A DNA stretch of 64,000 bases, taken from positions 96,001 through 160,000 of the forward strand of contig CAVVMW010000010.1 in NCBI GenBank assembly GCA_963749495.1, read 5' to 3'. Each line of letters opens with the position of its first letter. The stretch's first letter is position 1. The position numbers were made by a program, and so were the translations under genes. This document shows, piece by piece, positions 44,164-55,329 of the stretch. Source of the stretch: an uncultured bacterium. Lineage in GTDB: Bacteria > Verrucomicrobiota > Verrucomicrobiia > Limisphaerales > UBA8199. The notes beneath the pieces were generated by a model. That model had not been told where the DNA came from and made no database searches. It saw only the letters and a program-made list of their open reading frames with translations.

Positions 44164-45759
44164 TCACGGCGAGCGGACGCGGTAGAAGCGGGTTGGGTAG
44201 TTCGTCCATTGGGGATCGCTGAAATAAAATGAGTCGCTGGTCAGGATATTCGTGGCCAGCGGATACCAGGTGGGGTTGGCCAGGTTGGTGGTGGCCTCCA
44301 CCACGACGCTCATGCCGCCGGCCCACTCGATGGAGAAGCCGAATTGGTTCGCCCACAGCCCGAAGGAAGCAACGCCAGTTTGCACGCGCGGTTCCCACAG
44401 CGCTGTCGCAGCATGGGCAAACGTTCGACCCCAGCCTGTGGTCCCTGGCAGGTAATAGACAGTCACACGGTTATCGGCTTCAAACACGGTGTAAATGGAG
44501 CTGGGAGCACTGGGGGCGTTACCCTTGAAATAGACAGCGGCCAAGTGGCCGCAAAAATCGAAGGTCCCCTGCCCAATGGCGGTCACACCGTTGCCTATCG
44601 TCACGTAAGTCAGGTTGGAACAGCCATAGAACGCCGCACCGCCGAGGTTGGTGACGCTGTTGGGGATCGTGATGCTCGTCAAGCTGGAGCAGCTATAGAA
44701 CGTCCCGATCCCGATGCTGGTGACACCGTAGGGGATCGTGACGTTTATCAGCCCGGTGTTGGAGGCGAACGCATCCGCTCCGATGCTCGTGACGCCGTTG
44801 GGGATGGTGTAACTTCCAACTTTGCCCAGCGGGTATTGAATGAGCATGGACTGCCCCTTGTCGAACAACACCCCATCCACGCTGCTATAGACAGGATTCA
44901 GTGCGTCCACCGTGATCTGCCTCAGGCTGACGCAGCCTTCGAAGGCACCCCCCCAGATGTTGGTAACGCTGCCCGGGATCGTGATGTTGGTCAGACTCGT
45001 GCCGACAAAGGCATCGCTCCCGATACTCGTGACGCCGTTAGAGATCGTGATGCCCGTCAGGCTGCTGCACCCAGAGAACGCCAAGGCCCCGACATTCGTA
45101 ACACTTTCGGGAATCGTGATGCTCGTCAGGTTCGTGCACCTGGAGAACGCCTCCCCCCCGATGTTGGTGACGCCGTTGTCCATCGTGACGAGGGTCAGGT
45201 TGGCGCAACCCGAGAACGCGTGGTCCCCGATGCTCGTGACACTGCCGGGAATCGTGATGCCCGGGAGGCTGGTGCAGTCCGAGAACGCGGAGTCCCCGAT
45301 ACTCGTGACACTGCCGGGAATCGTGATGCCCGGGAGGCTGGTGCAGCCCGAGAACGCGGAGTCCCCAATGCCGGTGACACCGTTGCCCATCGTCACCATA
45401 ACGAGGTCGTTGCAGCCGGAAAATGCGGACTCCCCGATATTGGTGACACTATTAGGGATCGCGATGACGGCCAACCTGGGGCAGGCCGTGAATGCCCCGT
45501 CTCCGATGCTGGTGACACTACTGGGAATTGTGACGAGAATCGGGCTGGATTTCAAGAATGCAGCGCGCCCGATGCCGGTGACCGGAAAGTTGTTGATGGC
45601 AGATGGGATGGCAACTACGGCGCTATTACCGAAGTAACGGGTGATAGTGATCGTGCCGTTATTGTTCGTATATGTGAAATCGCCAAACTGCTGGGCTGCT
45701 GCCGTCGGGGCGCTGCACAAGACGGCGATGTTGAACAGGGCAATTGGGATGGCTTTCAT
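44164..45759 (-). CDS. BspA-type leucine-rich repeat (LRR_5) surface protein
   Basis: About 13 repeats of xIPxSVTxIGxxAFxxCxxL; signal peptide; C-terminal NQFGF..RFYRV domain. Confidence 0.93.
   Translation of the reverse strand: MKAIPIALFNIAVLCSAPTAAAQQFGDFTYTNNNGTITITRYFGNSAVVAIPSAINNFPVTGIGRAAFLKSSPILVTIPSSVTSIGDGAFTACPRLAVIAIPNSVTNIGESAFSGCNDLVMVTMGNGVTGIGDSAFSGCTSLPGITIPGSVTSIGDSAFSDCTSLPGITIPGSVTSIGDHAFSGCANLTLVTMDNGVTNIGGEAFSRCTNLTSITIPESVTNVGALAFSGCSSLTGITISNGVTSIGSDAFVGTSLTNITIPGSVTNIWGGAFEGCVSLRQITVDALNPVYSSVDGVLFDKGQSMLIQYPLGKVGSYTIPNGVTSIGADAFASNTGLINVTIPYGVTSIGIGTFYSCSSLTSITIPNSVTNLGGAAFYGCSNLTYVTIGNGVTAIGQGTFDFCGHLAAVYFKGNAPSAPSSIYTVFEADNRVTVYYLPGTTGWGRTFAHAATALWEPRVQTGVASFGLWANQFGFSIEWAGGMSVVVEATTNLANPTWYPLATNILTSDSFYFSDPQWTNYPTRFYRVRSP
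45210..45347 (-). repeat. Two near-identical 69-bp LRR units
   Basis: ctcgtgacactgccgggaatcgtgatgcccgggaggctggtgcag repeated at 69-bp spacing. Confidence 0.85.
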
Positions 45760-46750
45760 ATTGGCCTCGCTGGCTAGAGAAGCTTGATAACTGGTGGTTC
45801 ATATCCGAAAGGCTACCTTTAGCATATCTCATGCCGTACGGCCTGGATGCCTCCAAACAGCCCAATTTCAGGCCTTTCCTCTTTGCTGCCTGCCTCACCA
45901 TGCGTGCCTTTCACGCGTTATGCGTGGATTTCACGCATTCTCAGGTTCACGCCGAGGCTGGCGTGCTGAGGCCGCCGGTTGAGCGCCCTTGTCTTCATCC
46001 ACATCTTTGAGCCAAGTGCTGCGGGAGGAAGATGGCTCCCAGGGCAGGAGCCCGGGCCCCAGGGGCGCCCCGGAAGGGGCGCCACCCTTTAGCCCATGGC
46101 GCGAGCCATGGGATCGAGATCGAGCACGCGCACGAGCCCCGGCAGGGGCGAGAGAGACGCGCCCTCCGAGTTCCGCCGCCCCTGCCGGGGCTGACTGCAT
46201 TGCTGGCGGGTGCCTTCCCCTGGCTGGCGCTATGGGCTAAATTCCGGCGCGAGCCCGCGGCTGCCCAAAATGACACTTGGAGCATTCTGAAGGGCTGCGA
46301 TCTCGCTGCTTATACCGGTTTTCACTCGTGTGAGGAGAATCCGGCGCGGGCGAGACGCCGGCGCTGGCCGGCAAGATGCCTGCCCCACTGCGGACCGGGC
46401 TGAAAACTGGCATAGGGTTGCGCGGAACGCGTTATCCTGGCGCCTATCGGTTCCAGGCGCGGAGCCGGAGCTGCGGGATAGTGGTTTTTCTGTTTTCTCA
46501 GGCCGCTTCTGCTATTACTCTCTCAAGCATGAACAACAAACATCCTCGTCCTCTCACTTGGTTGTTCCCCGCGTGTCTTGCGGTCGGCATCATCGCGGCC
46601 TTCAGCCTTCTGTCGCACTCGCGCCCGGGCAAGGGTCCTGCCCAGGAATCCTCCTTGCACTCGGGCGAGGGGGTCACTCCTCCCGCGGGCGCCAAGGCCG
46701 CCCACTCGATCTGGTCGGAGTGGTCAAAGGTGCTGAGGGCCAACGCGTGG

Positions 46751-47563
46751 TCACTGCTGGACTGCCCAAAGATTGCGGGGAGCCCATGCCTCCGGGTGTG
46801 GTTGGTTGTCCCGGTTCCAGTTGTGTGCCGTTCGGGGCGGGTATAGGTAGTCGCATCGCTTCACCAGAAACACATGGCTATCCGCGAACAGGATGTTATA
46901 ACCTTGTCCGTGCGGCGGACCCATTTCCCCGTCCCAATGCCAGGGCGTCATCTTGATATTCCCCAGCGTCCCATTCAGTTCTTCCGGCGACAATGGCTGG
47001 TCGGGTCCTGCCCGGTACGGCCGAGCGTCCACCACCACATACATTTCGCTGGGCGCCAGCACCTGGGGCTCCGGTGCGGCCCACCGCGAGCGCATACCCA
47101 AGCCAAGATCAGCGATTTTTGCCGATTCCGGCATGCCGGCCCAGCCGCTACCGACAATGCCCCTGGCGTTATATGAGTAACTGGTCCAGAGTCTGTCTGG
47201 TCTCCAAAACCCCACGATTCCCTTGTTTGCAATGTAGGCCGGGCAGTGCCAGGAGCGGTTCGTGCAATCCAGTGGGTCATAGGGGAGTAGCTTCGTCATC
47301 CAGAACTGGCGGGTGTTCCGGTCCCACAGCGGAGGGTAGCGGCTGGAATCCGAGAGATACATGCCCAAGGCGTGGCCAATCTGGTGCAGGTGGTTTTTGC
47401 ACACGGTCGAGCGGGCGTGGGCCTTGGCCCTCGAAAGTGCCGGCAACAGCAGGGCAGCCAGGATGCCGAGAATGGTGATAACCACCAGGAGTTCGATCAG
47501 CGTGAAACCCTGGGCAGAACGTCCACCTGAAACGGACTTTCGACTGCGGCCTAGCGTGCTCAT
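46751..47563 (-). CDS. Prepilin-type N-terminal cleavage/methylation + H-X9-DG protein
   Basis: [52 protein letters not shown]. Confidence 0.9.
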   Translation of the reverse strand: MSTLGRSRKSVSGGRSAQGFTLIELLVVITILGILAALLLPALSRAKAHARSTVCKNHLHQIGHALGMYLSDSSRYPPLWDRNTRQFWMTKLLPYDPLDCTNRSWHCPAYIANKGIVGFWRPDRLWTSYSYNARGIVGSGWAGMPESAKIADLGLGMRSRWAAPEPQVLAPSEMYVVVDARPYRAGPDQPLSPEELNGTLGNIKMTPWHWDGEMGPPHGQGYNILFADSHVFLVKRCDYLYPPRTAHNWNRDNQPHPEAWAPRNLWAVQQ

Positions 47564-47594
47564 CAGCGATTTAGACAGGGCCGCAAGCGAAACG

Positions 47595-48633
47595 TCACGG
47601 CCCAGATCCTTGGGTGGGCGGTGGCGGCCCGGCCGCATGCTGCGACTCCCAGGTTTGGAAATCGCCATCCTCGGAACGATGGACTTCCGAGTGCCCGTCG
47701 GCAAAGCCGTAGGTCCTGATCCAGCCGCTCTTTAGAGAAGCCCGTGGCTCCTTCTCCCGGAGAACGATGGTGTTCGCCGGGTTGGTGAGGTTGTCCAGGG
47801 GTCCCCGATACATGATTTCGAACTGGTTGGTCAGATAGGCGAGCGCATCACTGTCGAGCTGGATATCGGGGTTCGAGCTGCTGGTTCCTCGGAGATGCCC
47901 GGCCGCCGCGGCGAATTCCGCAGGGAACTGTCCCTGGTGATTGGCGGCATATCAATGGAAGGCGTTCATCCACGCGTGGGCGGCCATCAGTTTTTCCTGG
48001 GCCAGTTGGGCCACCCGCTGCTCCTCCGGATCGATTTCCCGCTGCCCCTGGAGTGCGGATGCTCGCGCACGCCCTGTCTTCGAGGCATCGGCCAATTGCC
48101 TCCTCAGCTTGCCGACCTCGCCGCGGAGTCTCAGCAACTCGCTCGATTGCTCCTTCGGCATCGTGGTCGTTGCATCCCAGGGCGCGGCCGACCGAGCGGA
48201 GGTCCCGCCGCTCGTAGAATCGAAGCAGGATTGCCGTCCAATCCTCCGCCCGGAGCCGGTCAATCGCTTCATCCAGGAGAGGGGCAACCCGCGCGAGGTT
48301 GGCCTCCGAGTGGTCTTCCAGGGCATTCATTTCAGCGGCCTGCCTTTCCCGGGCCTGGCGGCGGAGCCTGGTGCGGATGGCCTTCCGGGCCAGGAAGCAA
48401 GTGTGCCGGTGCAGCCACCCGCCAAGTGCCACCCCGCCTGGGAGCCTCGGCGCCATCCGGGCGAGGTCAATGAAGACAGTCTGGGCCACGTCCTTTGCCA
48501 GGTGAACGTCTCCATCGGCCAGGCGGACAGCGACCGAATAGACCAAGTCGGTGTAGCCAGCGACCAACTGGCCGAAGGCTGGCTCCGAGCCCGTCTTCAC
48601 GTATTCCGCGAGCAGTTGTTGGCTGTCAGTCAT
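47595..48633 (-). pseudogene. ECF sigma-fusion pseudogene (internal deletion near 48178, TGA at 47952-47954)
   Basis: Sigma2 intact, sigma4 breaks at SVGRALG, then jumps frame to [32 protein letters not shown]. Confidence 0.8.
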
Positions 48634-49086
48634 GCTCGGTCATTAGTAAAGACCCGCAGGCCGGAGGAATCCGACAAAAAAATGCTCGGCACTGGCCTCA
48701 ATCTTTTTTCCGTAACCCTCGAGCAGGCTCTGGACCCAGCCGGGAGAAGGGCGCGGGAACGCCGCGCACTCCACGCGCTTCGCTAAGTAGGGGCACGCGT
48801 TCGGCGCCGCAAAGCCTCCGAAGTGCGGCGTATGCCGCCGCTTTGCTTCCAATGGCTCATGGGCTCCGGTCCCTGTCGGCCTTGAGGGCTGGCGATGTTG
48901 GGCTTTATTGGGTGGCCTTGGGCAAAGCCAATTCTCCATGTCACTTCCCGGTTCGCTGGGCGGCTGCGTTGGCAGAAGTCCAAAGCAGCTAGGTGTCTGA
49001 GGTCATGCAGTCTGCGGAAGGCGACCCGATGGTCGGTCTGGTCCATGAACTGTCCAATGGCGAACGTCAGCACACCTGGCTGGGGT

Positions 49087-49941
49087 TCAGTAAAGCAGTT
49101 CAGGATGGGGCTGATGATCCTTGTTCCAGCGTGCTAAAGCCGCGGAAGCCATTAAGCTGAAAAGGGAACCCGCCCTGGGCGAGTCAATATGGCCGTCGCA
49201 AAACACGACGTTCACGCACCCATTGTGACGAGCCATGACGCGTTGTGAATCGTTGGACCGGGTTGGCGAGCCCGCTCGTGCCGCCAACCCAATGTCGTCG
49301 CTGCCATCAGAATAGTTCGAACCCCACCCGATGACACCGTCCCCTGCTTCGATCATGTCGCCGGGCGAAACCACATCGTTCTCGGGTGTCGGCCGGTAAT
49401 CGAGTCGCCTGCGGGGAATGGCGTTGACCCGTCCAAGACCAAGATTCGCGTTGTCGTGCATGCCAACGCCATGCTGATTGTAGCCGTACTCCAGCCATAT
49501 CCATCCTTTCCTGTAGAAGTCCCTATCCCACTCCGGCGGTCGTTGGGCTGACGGGCAGTGCCAGACTCCGTTCGTGGGAGCCATGAGTATGCCGTCCGTC
49601 CGCAGTTGAAGGGGAGGCAAATGGAAGCAGTTCAGGTTAAGCGCATCACACCAAACACGCCCGTGTTCCTGGTAAAGTCCCTGAGAGAAGCCTCTTAGGT
49701 TCGCGCCAAGGGGATACACGTGGAAGTCACCCACGAACTCAGCCATGCCCAAGCCAATCTGGCGGAGGTTCCCCTCGCAACTGACTTTGCGCGCAGTCCC
49801 TTTAGATCTGGAAAGCGCGGGAAGCAGCACAGCCGCGAGTATCGCGATGATCGCCATGACAACCAGGAGTTCCGTCAGCGTAAAACCACCGCGGGCGACC
49901 CGATTTGGCCCGGATCTTGGTTCGCGCCATATCGTGCTCAT
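49087..49941 (-). CDS. Prepilin-type N-terminal cleavage/methylation + H-X9-DG protein
   Basis: [49 protein letters not shown]. Confidence 0.9.
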   Translation of the reverse strand: MSTIWREPRSGPNRVARGGFTLTELLVVMAIIAILAAVLLPALSRSKGTARKVSCEGNLRQIGLGMAEFVGDFHVYPLGANLRGFSQGLYQEHGRVWCDALNLNCFHLPPLQLRTDGILMAPTNGVWHCPSAQRPPEWDRDFYRKGWIWLEYGYNQHGVGMHDNANLGLGRVNAIPRRRLDYRPTPENDVVSPGDMIEAGDGVIGWGSNYSDGSDDIGLAARAGSPTRSNDSQRVMARHNGCVNVVFCDGHIDSPRAGSLFSLMASAALARWNKDHQPHPELLY

Positions 49942-50200
49942 GATCTCTTCTGACAGTTCTTCCTGAAAAGAGTCACGATCCGATCCATGATATGCTTGTC
50001 GGAGTCTCCCGATCACTCCAGGACTCGCACCGCGAGGGCGCGACCAGGTCCAGGGTCAGCGCTCTCCACGACCCAGCCGTGGCCGGCCGCCTCCGCCGCG
50101 TCAGCGGTCGGGCCCCAGCCGAGCACAACCCGATTCCGGCAGAAGCCGCGGCCTGGGCGGACCCGTTTCACGCAGGAGAGGGGGAGCGGCCGGTGGTTTA

Positions 50201-50362
50201 ACTGGTCGAGTGGAGCGGAGGCGCGACCGGTTTAGACCAATGGCTTCCTGTGTTTCTGCCCTTTCGAGCATCGTGGCAAATGGCCATGAGGTCCTGCCCA
50301 CGTTTCCCCCACCCCCTCATACCATCCCGTACGGCGGGTTGTCCCCACTACGGTTGGAAGCC
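50201..50362 (-). mobile_element. Group II intron 3'-end remnant (domains V and VI), copy 2
   Basis: Minus strand ccaaccgtagtggggacaacccgccgtacgggatgg (DV-like), then gggggtggggg...cctccgctccActcgac (DVI with bulged A, AC end). Confidence 0.65.
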
Positions 50363-50437
50363 AGCCTTGTCGCGCCGCGCGCTTCCGCACCCGGCCGCGG
50401 CGGCGTATGACCCGTATGTCCAAAGGCAGGGGCCTGA

Positions 50438-50848
50438 TCATGGCGTCCGCTTCGAATCCCGGAGTATTGCCTCCACGTCCTTGACTCCTGCGTTGGGTAG
50501 CGTTTCCGGGATCTTCTCTGCCTTCAAGTCCTGGAGTCTTGCCTCCACGTCCTCGACGGGGAAGCCCTCCGAGACCACCCAATGGGCCTTGTTGGCGAGG
50601 AGGAGCCATGGCAGCGAGGCTGCGCCCAGTACCCCGTGAGCCCGGTCTGGATCTCCTTTCAACAGGATGAGGGACCCCGGCTTGATCCCAGCCTTGGCTG
50701 CAGGTCCCGCAGGCAGGACCGAGCGGACCCTCACCCCTCCCCCTCCCCGATCAGCCTGAACCACCATCCCCACTCCCACGATTTCCCCGCCCTGCGCTGC
50801 CGTTGCAAGCGCCAGGGCGCCTATGATGAATGTCGTCTTTACTTTCAT
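50438..50848 (-). CDS. Small secreted protein with partial PDZ domain (possibly a fragment)
   Basis: Signal peptide, GVGMVV..VRVRSVLPAGPAAKAGIKPG. Confidence 0.5.
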   Translation of the reverse strand: MKVKTTFIIGALALATAAQGGEIVGVGMVVQADRGGGGVRVRSVLPAGPAAKAGIKPGSLILLKGDPDRAHGVLGAASLPWLLLANKAHWVVSEGFPVEDVEARLQDLKAEKIPETLPNAGVKDVEAILRDSKRTP

Positions 50849-51071
50849 TTTCGTTTTTGCCCGGCGGCCGCGGTTCTGCATCTCGCCGGCCTGGCGCAGG
50901 AAAAGAACAGAAGGAAACGAAGGAAACGAAGCATGAAGACCTCGACGCCATCATAGTCACGAGACGTGGCTGGTTTTGTGCGCCTATGCATGAATGTGGT
51001 TGAATATCGCGGTTCTCTTGTCAGAAGATTCCGTGTTCGGTTTTGGGTTCGTGCGGGTCTTTAGCGGTAAG

Positions 51072-52757
51072 ATGATGATGGCAGACGCCCAAACACTGTT
51101 GGCCGATTACTTGAGCGGCTCGGAAAGCGCCTTCCGGGAGTTGGTGACGCGCTACGTGGACCTGGTCTTTTCGACGGCGTTCCGGCTCGTGGATGGGGAC
51201 CGGCCGCTGGCTGAGGATGTGACCCAGACGGTCTTCCTGGACCTGGCACGCGCGGCCAGGAGTCTTCCGCGGAACACCATGTTGGGAGGATGGCTGCATC
51301 GGCACACCTGCTTTGCGTCCGCCAAGGCGCGTCGGGGCGAGCGTCGTCGTCTGGAACGTGAAAGGCAAGCCGTGGAAATGAGCACGCTCGAATCCGATTC
51401 CGGGAACCACTTTGCCGAATTGGCCCCCATGCTGGACGAGGCGATCAACCAACTCGGTGTGGAGGACCGGACCGCCATCCTGCTCCGTTTTTTCGAGCGG
51501 CGCGATTTTCGCGCCGTCGGCCAGGCCGTCGGCACCAGCGAGGATGGGGCGCGTATGCGGGTGAACCGCGCCTTGGCCAAGCTGCACGAACTGCTGGGCC
51601 AAAAGGGCGTGACGCTGACCGTGGGGGCGCTGGGCGCCGGCCTGGCGACCCAAGCGGTCACAGCGGCGCCCTCGGGCTTGGCGGCGAGCGTTGCCGCAAC
51701 CTCCCTTGCGGGCGCGGGCGGCGGGATGACCCTGACTCTCCTCCAGCTTATGACCGCAACCAAATTCAAGATCGCGCTCGGTGTCGCCGCACTGGCGGGG
51801 CTCGCCGCTCCACTGGTCCTCCAACATGAACAGATAAACAGACTGCGCGCCGAGAACTCGATTTGGAGGCAACAGGTGGCGAAGGTCGGCGCAAGACCCG
51901 GGCAAGCAACCGAGGCTGATGCCCTGCCGACCGGGGCCTTGAACGAAGCCGCAAGCTCCAACGGGTCATCCTCCGAACTGCTCGGCCTGCGCGGGGAAGT
52001 TGGGATGCTGCGGCGCCAGTTGGATGAGCAACGCCGAGGAGTCGCAGACCTTGATCGCCAACTCGCGATGTCCAGAACCAATGCCGAGGTGAAGTCCGCT
52101 GGCAATGAAATCATCGCTTCGCTAAAGGAGGTGGGATGGGCCTGCACGGTTTACACCTTCGACCACAACGACGTGTGCCCAACCAATTTCGATCAGATCC
52201 GCTCCATATTACGGCCAGAGCTTAGGCCCGGACTACACCTGGAGCGATTCGAATTCGTTGATCATGGCGGCCGTCCGGCAGACGCTGCCAATCCGGGTGC
52301 CATGCTCGCGCGCGAACGCGCCCCCCGGCAACTCCCGGACGGAAGGTGGGCCAGGGTTTATCTCTGCGTGGACGGTGGCGCCTACCAGCGAATCACGGAA
52401 GATGGCGACTTTGACCAGTTCGAAAAAACGTGGAAAGAAACTTGCGACAGCCAGGTGGAGGCTGCAAAAGAGGCGGCGAAACAAGCCGCCATGAGGCAGG
52501 CCTTTGGGACCAATGCGCCCGACAGCGAGGCCGTGAAAACCGCAAGAGAGGCGGGGAAGCGGGCATTCTACACCCGGCTGCTTGGCACTAATCCGCCCGG
52601 CTCTCTCATTACGGAATCCGCAACGGACAGCTTGGCGCTCCATACGCGGCTACTCGGCACCAATGAGCCAGAGGGCGACGAAGTCAGGGCCGCAAGGCAA
52701 GCAGGACGACAAGCCTGCCTCCAGCAGCTTTTCGGGACCAATGCCCCGGATCAATGA
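51072..52757 (+). CDS. ECF sigma factor fused to TM, coiled coil, pilin-like domain and GTNxP repeats
   Basis: AFRELVTRY..AEDVTQTVF..LGGWLHRH; GARMRVNRALAKL; four (F/L)GTNxP units at C-terminus. Confidence 0.92.
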   Translation: MMMADAQTLLADYLSGSESAFRELVTRYVDLVFSTAFRLVDGDRPLAEDVTQTVFLDLARAARSLPRNTMLGGWLHRHTCFASAKARRGERRRLERERQAVEMSTLESDSGNHFAELAPMLDEAINQLGVEDRTAILLRFFERRDFRAVGQAVGTSEDGARMRVNRALAKLHELLGQKGVTLTVGALGAGLATQAVTAAPSGLAASVAATSLAGAGGGMTLTLLQLMTATKFKIALGVAALAGLAAPLVLQHEQINRLRAENSIWRQQVAKVGARPGQATEADALPTGALNEAASSNGSSSELLGLRGEVGMLRRQLDEQRRGVADLDRQLAMSRTNAEVKSAGNEIIASLKEVGWACTVYTFDHNDVCPTNFDQIRSILRPELRPGLHLERFEFVDHGGRPADAANPGAMLARERAPRQLPDGRWARVYLCVDGGAYQRITEDGDFDQFEKTWKETCDSQVEAAKEAAKQAAMRQAFGTNAPDSEAVKTAREAGKRAFYTRLLGTNPPGSLITESATDSLALHTRLLGTNEPEGDEVRAARQAGRQACLQQLFGTNAPDQ

Positions 52758-53297
52758 TTGGAGACTCCTTCACGACTAATCGAAACAACCAACATTGGCA
52801 CACTCATGCCGATTTTGGACCTTTGTCCGGTTAGACATCAGGGTTGCGCTGCCCTGTGCTCTTTGTGTCTCTGCGGTTTCATTGCCCGTCCGAACAAGCC
52901 TGGTGTCCCCCCCGATCCGTCGGTGTCCCCTTTTCTGATTGGCGGCGGTTCTTTATTGAAAGATAATGCGCGCAATGAGCGATTGCCCAACGCGGCCGGG
53001 CCTCGAAAGGACTTACTCGGCGCGATACGGATTGCCGCTGTGAATGAGCGTGCGGCCAGCCCGGAGATCAAATCGGGCAGGACATATGCGTGATCGATGA
53101 AGAGACGCCGGGTCATCGGCTGTTGCGTGGGTTTCGTGCATGTGTGCTTCGGAACCCCCTATGAGGCGATTTACGCGCTGAGCGTAGGGGTTGTCCTCGC
53201 AACCAACAGCCCATGGCCCTTGGAAGCGGGTGATCCGAAGCTGACGCGCCGGGTAGCCATCTTGACAGGCACCTTGCCCGCGACTAATAAGCGGGCA

Positions 53298-54934
53298 ATG
53301 AAGCGCCTGTGGACAAGGCGGCGGCTAGGCACAGTCATGGGGGCTGTTCTATTGTTATGCTGGCTGATATTCCTGGTGCTGCCTGCCAACGGGCCGGGGG
53401 CTCGCCGGAGGTGTCCAGGCTGCTCCGGGCCTTGCAGCGAAAGGACTCGCGGCTGAATGATTTTGAGGTGGACGCCTGGAAGCGGCTGCCGCCGTTCCTT
53501 CAGAGGGCCTGCCAATCATTGGGGCCGGTGGCGGCAGAGCAAACGCGTGTGCGCGCCGCTGGCAAGTTGGCAGAGTTGGCCACCGGCGGAGTGCTGCCGA
53601 CAAACGCGGTTCCCTATCTGGTCAGGGTGCTGGACGACCCTGACTATGGAGTCCGATACCACTCCGTCGAGGAGCTCGGAAGGCTCGGCCCGGCAGCAGC
53701 CGAGGCGGTCCCCAGGCTGATGGAACTGTTTCATGCAACGGAGAGAGAGTGGGAATTGGTCGAGGGGAACTCGCAACCCTGCGGCCAGTTCGAGTCCTGG
53801 CATCTCCTCTCGCCCGGCTTATCGCTTGCGCAGAGCCCGCGACGCGCCCGGTTCAAGGCCTATTCGGCCTTTATGAAAAGCTGGCGGTCCGAAAACCCGT
53901 TTGGAAGGCCCCCGACAATACCGCTCACGAGAATTGACCCACCTCTGCTCACCTAAATTGACCCACCTTCCGCACAAGAAGCGGGCCGCCAACGTCAAGG
54001 GCACATTGTGGTGTTTAGGCGCCTAAACTTATCGTTATCGCTCAATACGTGGCTCCGAGCTGACCGTCCGAGGCACCACAACCTGTGGGGAGGGAATCAC
54101 TACTTGGAAAGGGAAGGTGCCGCCGAACGGCTGGATCAGTTTATCTGAGCAGAATTGGTCAAAATAAGTGAGCGCCAACGGTTTGGAAGGCCCCCGACCC
54201 TTACGGTGTTTTTTCGGACATTCTCGATGCCGTTCAGACTCACTGCGGAGCCGTGGATAGGTCGGCTCGCGGGTTTTGGGGGGCTGCACCACCGGGTAAT
54301 CCTGACGCTGGGGCAGATTGGCCGAGGCGCAGAAGAGGCCATCCCGGCGCTGATGCGCGAATACCTGGACCCGATGGATGCCCTGCGCTTCGAGGCCGCA
54401 GTGGCGCGGGCCAGGATTGACGGGAACTTCAAAGAAGTCGTGCCGGTGCTGGCCGCCGGGTTGCAGAGCGTGGGCACCGAACGGCGGCTCCAGGTCCTGA
54501 CGCGAGTCTCGGAACTGGCCAGGGCGCACGAGGAGACTCTCCCCTTTCTGATGGAAGCGGCTGCGGATCCAGACTGGGCCATGCAACGCCAGGCCTTGCA
54601 AGGACTGGCCTGCTTGGGCGCGCGGGCGGCGCCCGCTCTGCACGTGATTCTCGGGGCTCTCGAAGATTCGGACCCGCAAATTCGCATTCAGGCCGTGCGG
54701 AATCTGGCCGCGCTGGGCGCCACCGCAGCGCCCGCAGTCCCTGCCCTGGCCAAGGCCCTGCGCGACCCGGAGATGCAGGTCCGGTTCACTGCCGCGGTGT
54801 GCTTGGGCGCGCTTGGAGCCCAGGCGGTCTCCGCCCTGCCGGCCCTGCGGCAGACGGCTTCCGACCCGCATGGCGCCGTGCGCGTCATGGCCAGGGATGC
54901 CATCAAGACGATTGAGCGCTCCCGCGGCCCGTAG
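53298..54934 (+). pseudogene. HEAT-repeat membrane protein gene interrupted by an insertion (also frameshift near 53398)
   Basis: TM, LGPAAAEAVP.L, many ALxDxDxxVRxxA repeats; FGRPPT present on both sides of the insertion. Confidence 0.8.
53899..54198. mobile_element. Non-autonomous IS-end element (~259 bp, 53919-54177) between 18-bp direct repeats
   Basis: gtttggaaggcccccgac at 53899 and 54181; ends taccgctcac../..gtgagcgcca; doubled gctcac-N4-aattgacccacc at left end, degenerate inverse at right. Confidence 0.8.
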
Positions 54935-54990
54935 ATCGGGGCGCAGGAAGATCCGGCGCGCCCCCTTTGGCTTCTGCCAATGCATTGGGA

Positions 54991-55138
54991 CCATGAACCG
55001 GTCAGGGGCCCCGAGGCTGCGAAGCCTTTTGGACTGCGGCAGTCCTCTGCCGCTCTCGCGTTCCCAGAACCAGGGACTGAAAAGCGGCAGAGGACTGCCG
55101 CAGTCCAAAACCTCGCGGGCCTCCTCACGGGTTCATGG
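54991..55138. repeat. REP-like palindrome
   Basis: Perfect 28-bp IR 55027-55054/55083-55110 inside outer ccatgaacc/ggttcatgg. Confidence 0.85.
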
Positions 55139-55329
55139 AGAGGGTGCCCGGATGCGCCCTTGGCCCCACGCCGCTTGAATTGAGTTGCAGAACACAGCCA
55201 TTTACCCATCCTGGGGCTTATGACCATTCCGGCCTTGGAAATCGGTGGCGCAGAAACAAGACGGGTTCCCCGGAGCCTTGGCCATGCCGTCGGAGTTCCG
55301 ACAAAAGAACACGAGGTGATTAAGTTGCC

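Noticed and set aside
44344..45777. Long plus-strand repetitive ORFs, or a CRISPR-like array
   Set aside because: Antisense shadows of the 69-bp LRR coding repeats; no constant repeat with unique spacers.
46040..46270. GC-rich inverted segments here and at 48740-48850
   Set aside because: Probably degenerate REP-type repeats, but boundaries are too unclear to annotate.
24930..46930. Diversity-generating retroelement among the pilin C-terminal copies
   Set aside because: In the two copies compared, differences are largely synonymous and not adenine-specific, and no reverse transcriptase is present.
47952..47954. Selenocysteine at this TGA
   Set aside because: Paralogs have K/R here, there is no Cys partner, and the gene already carries a deletion.
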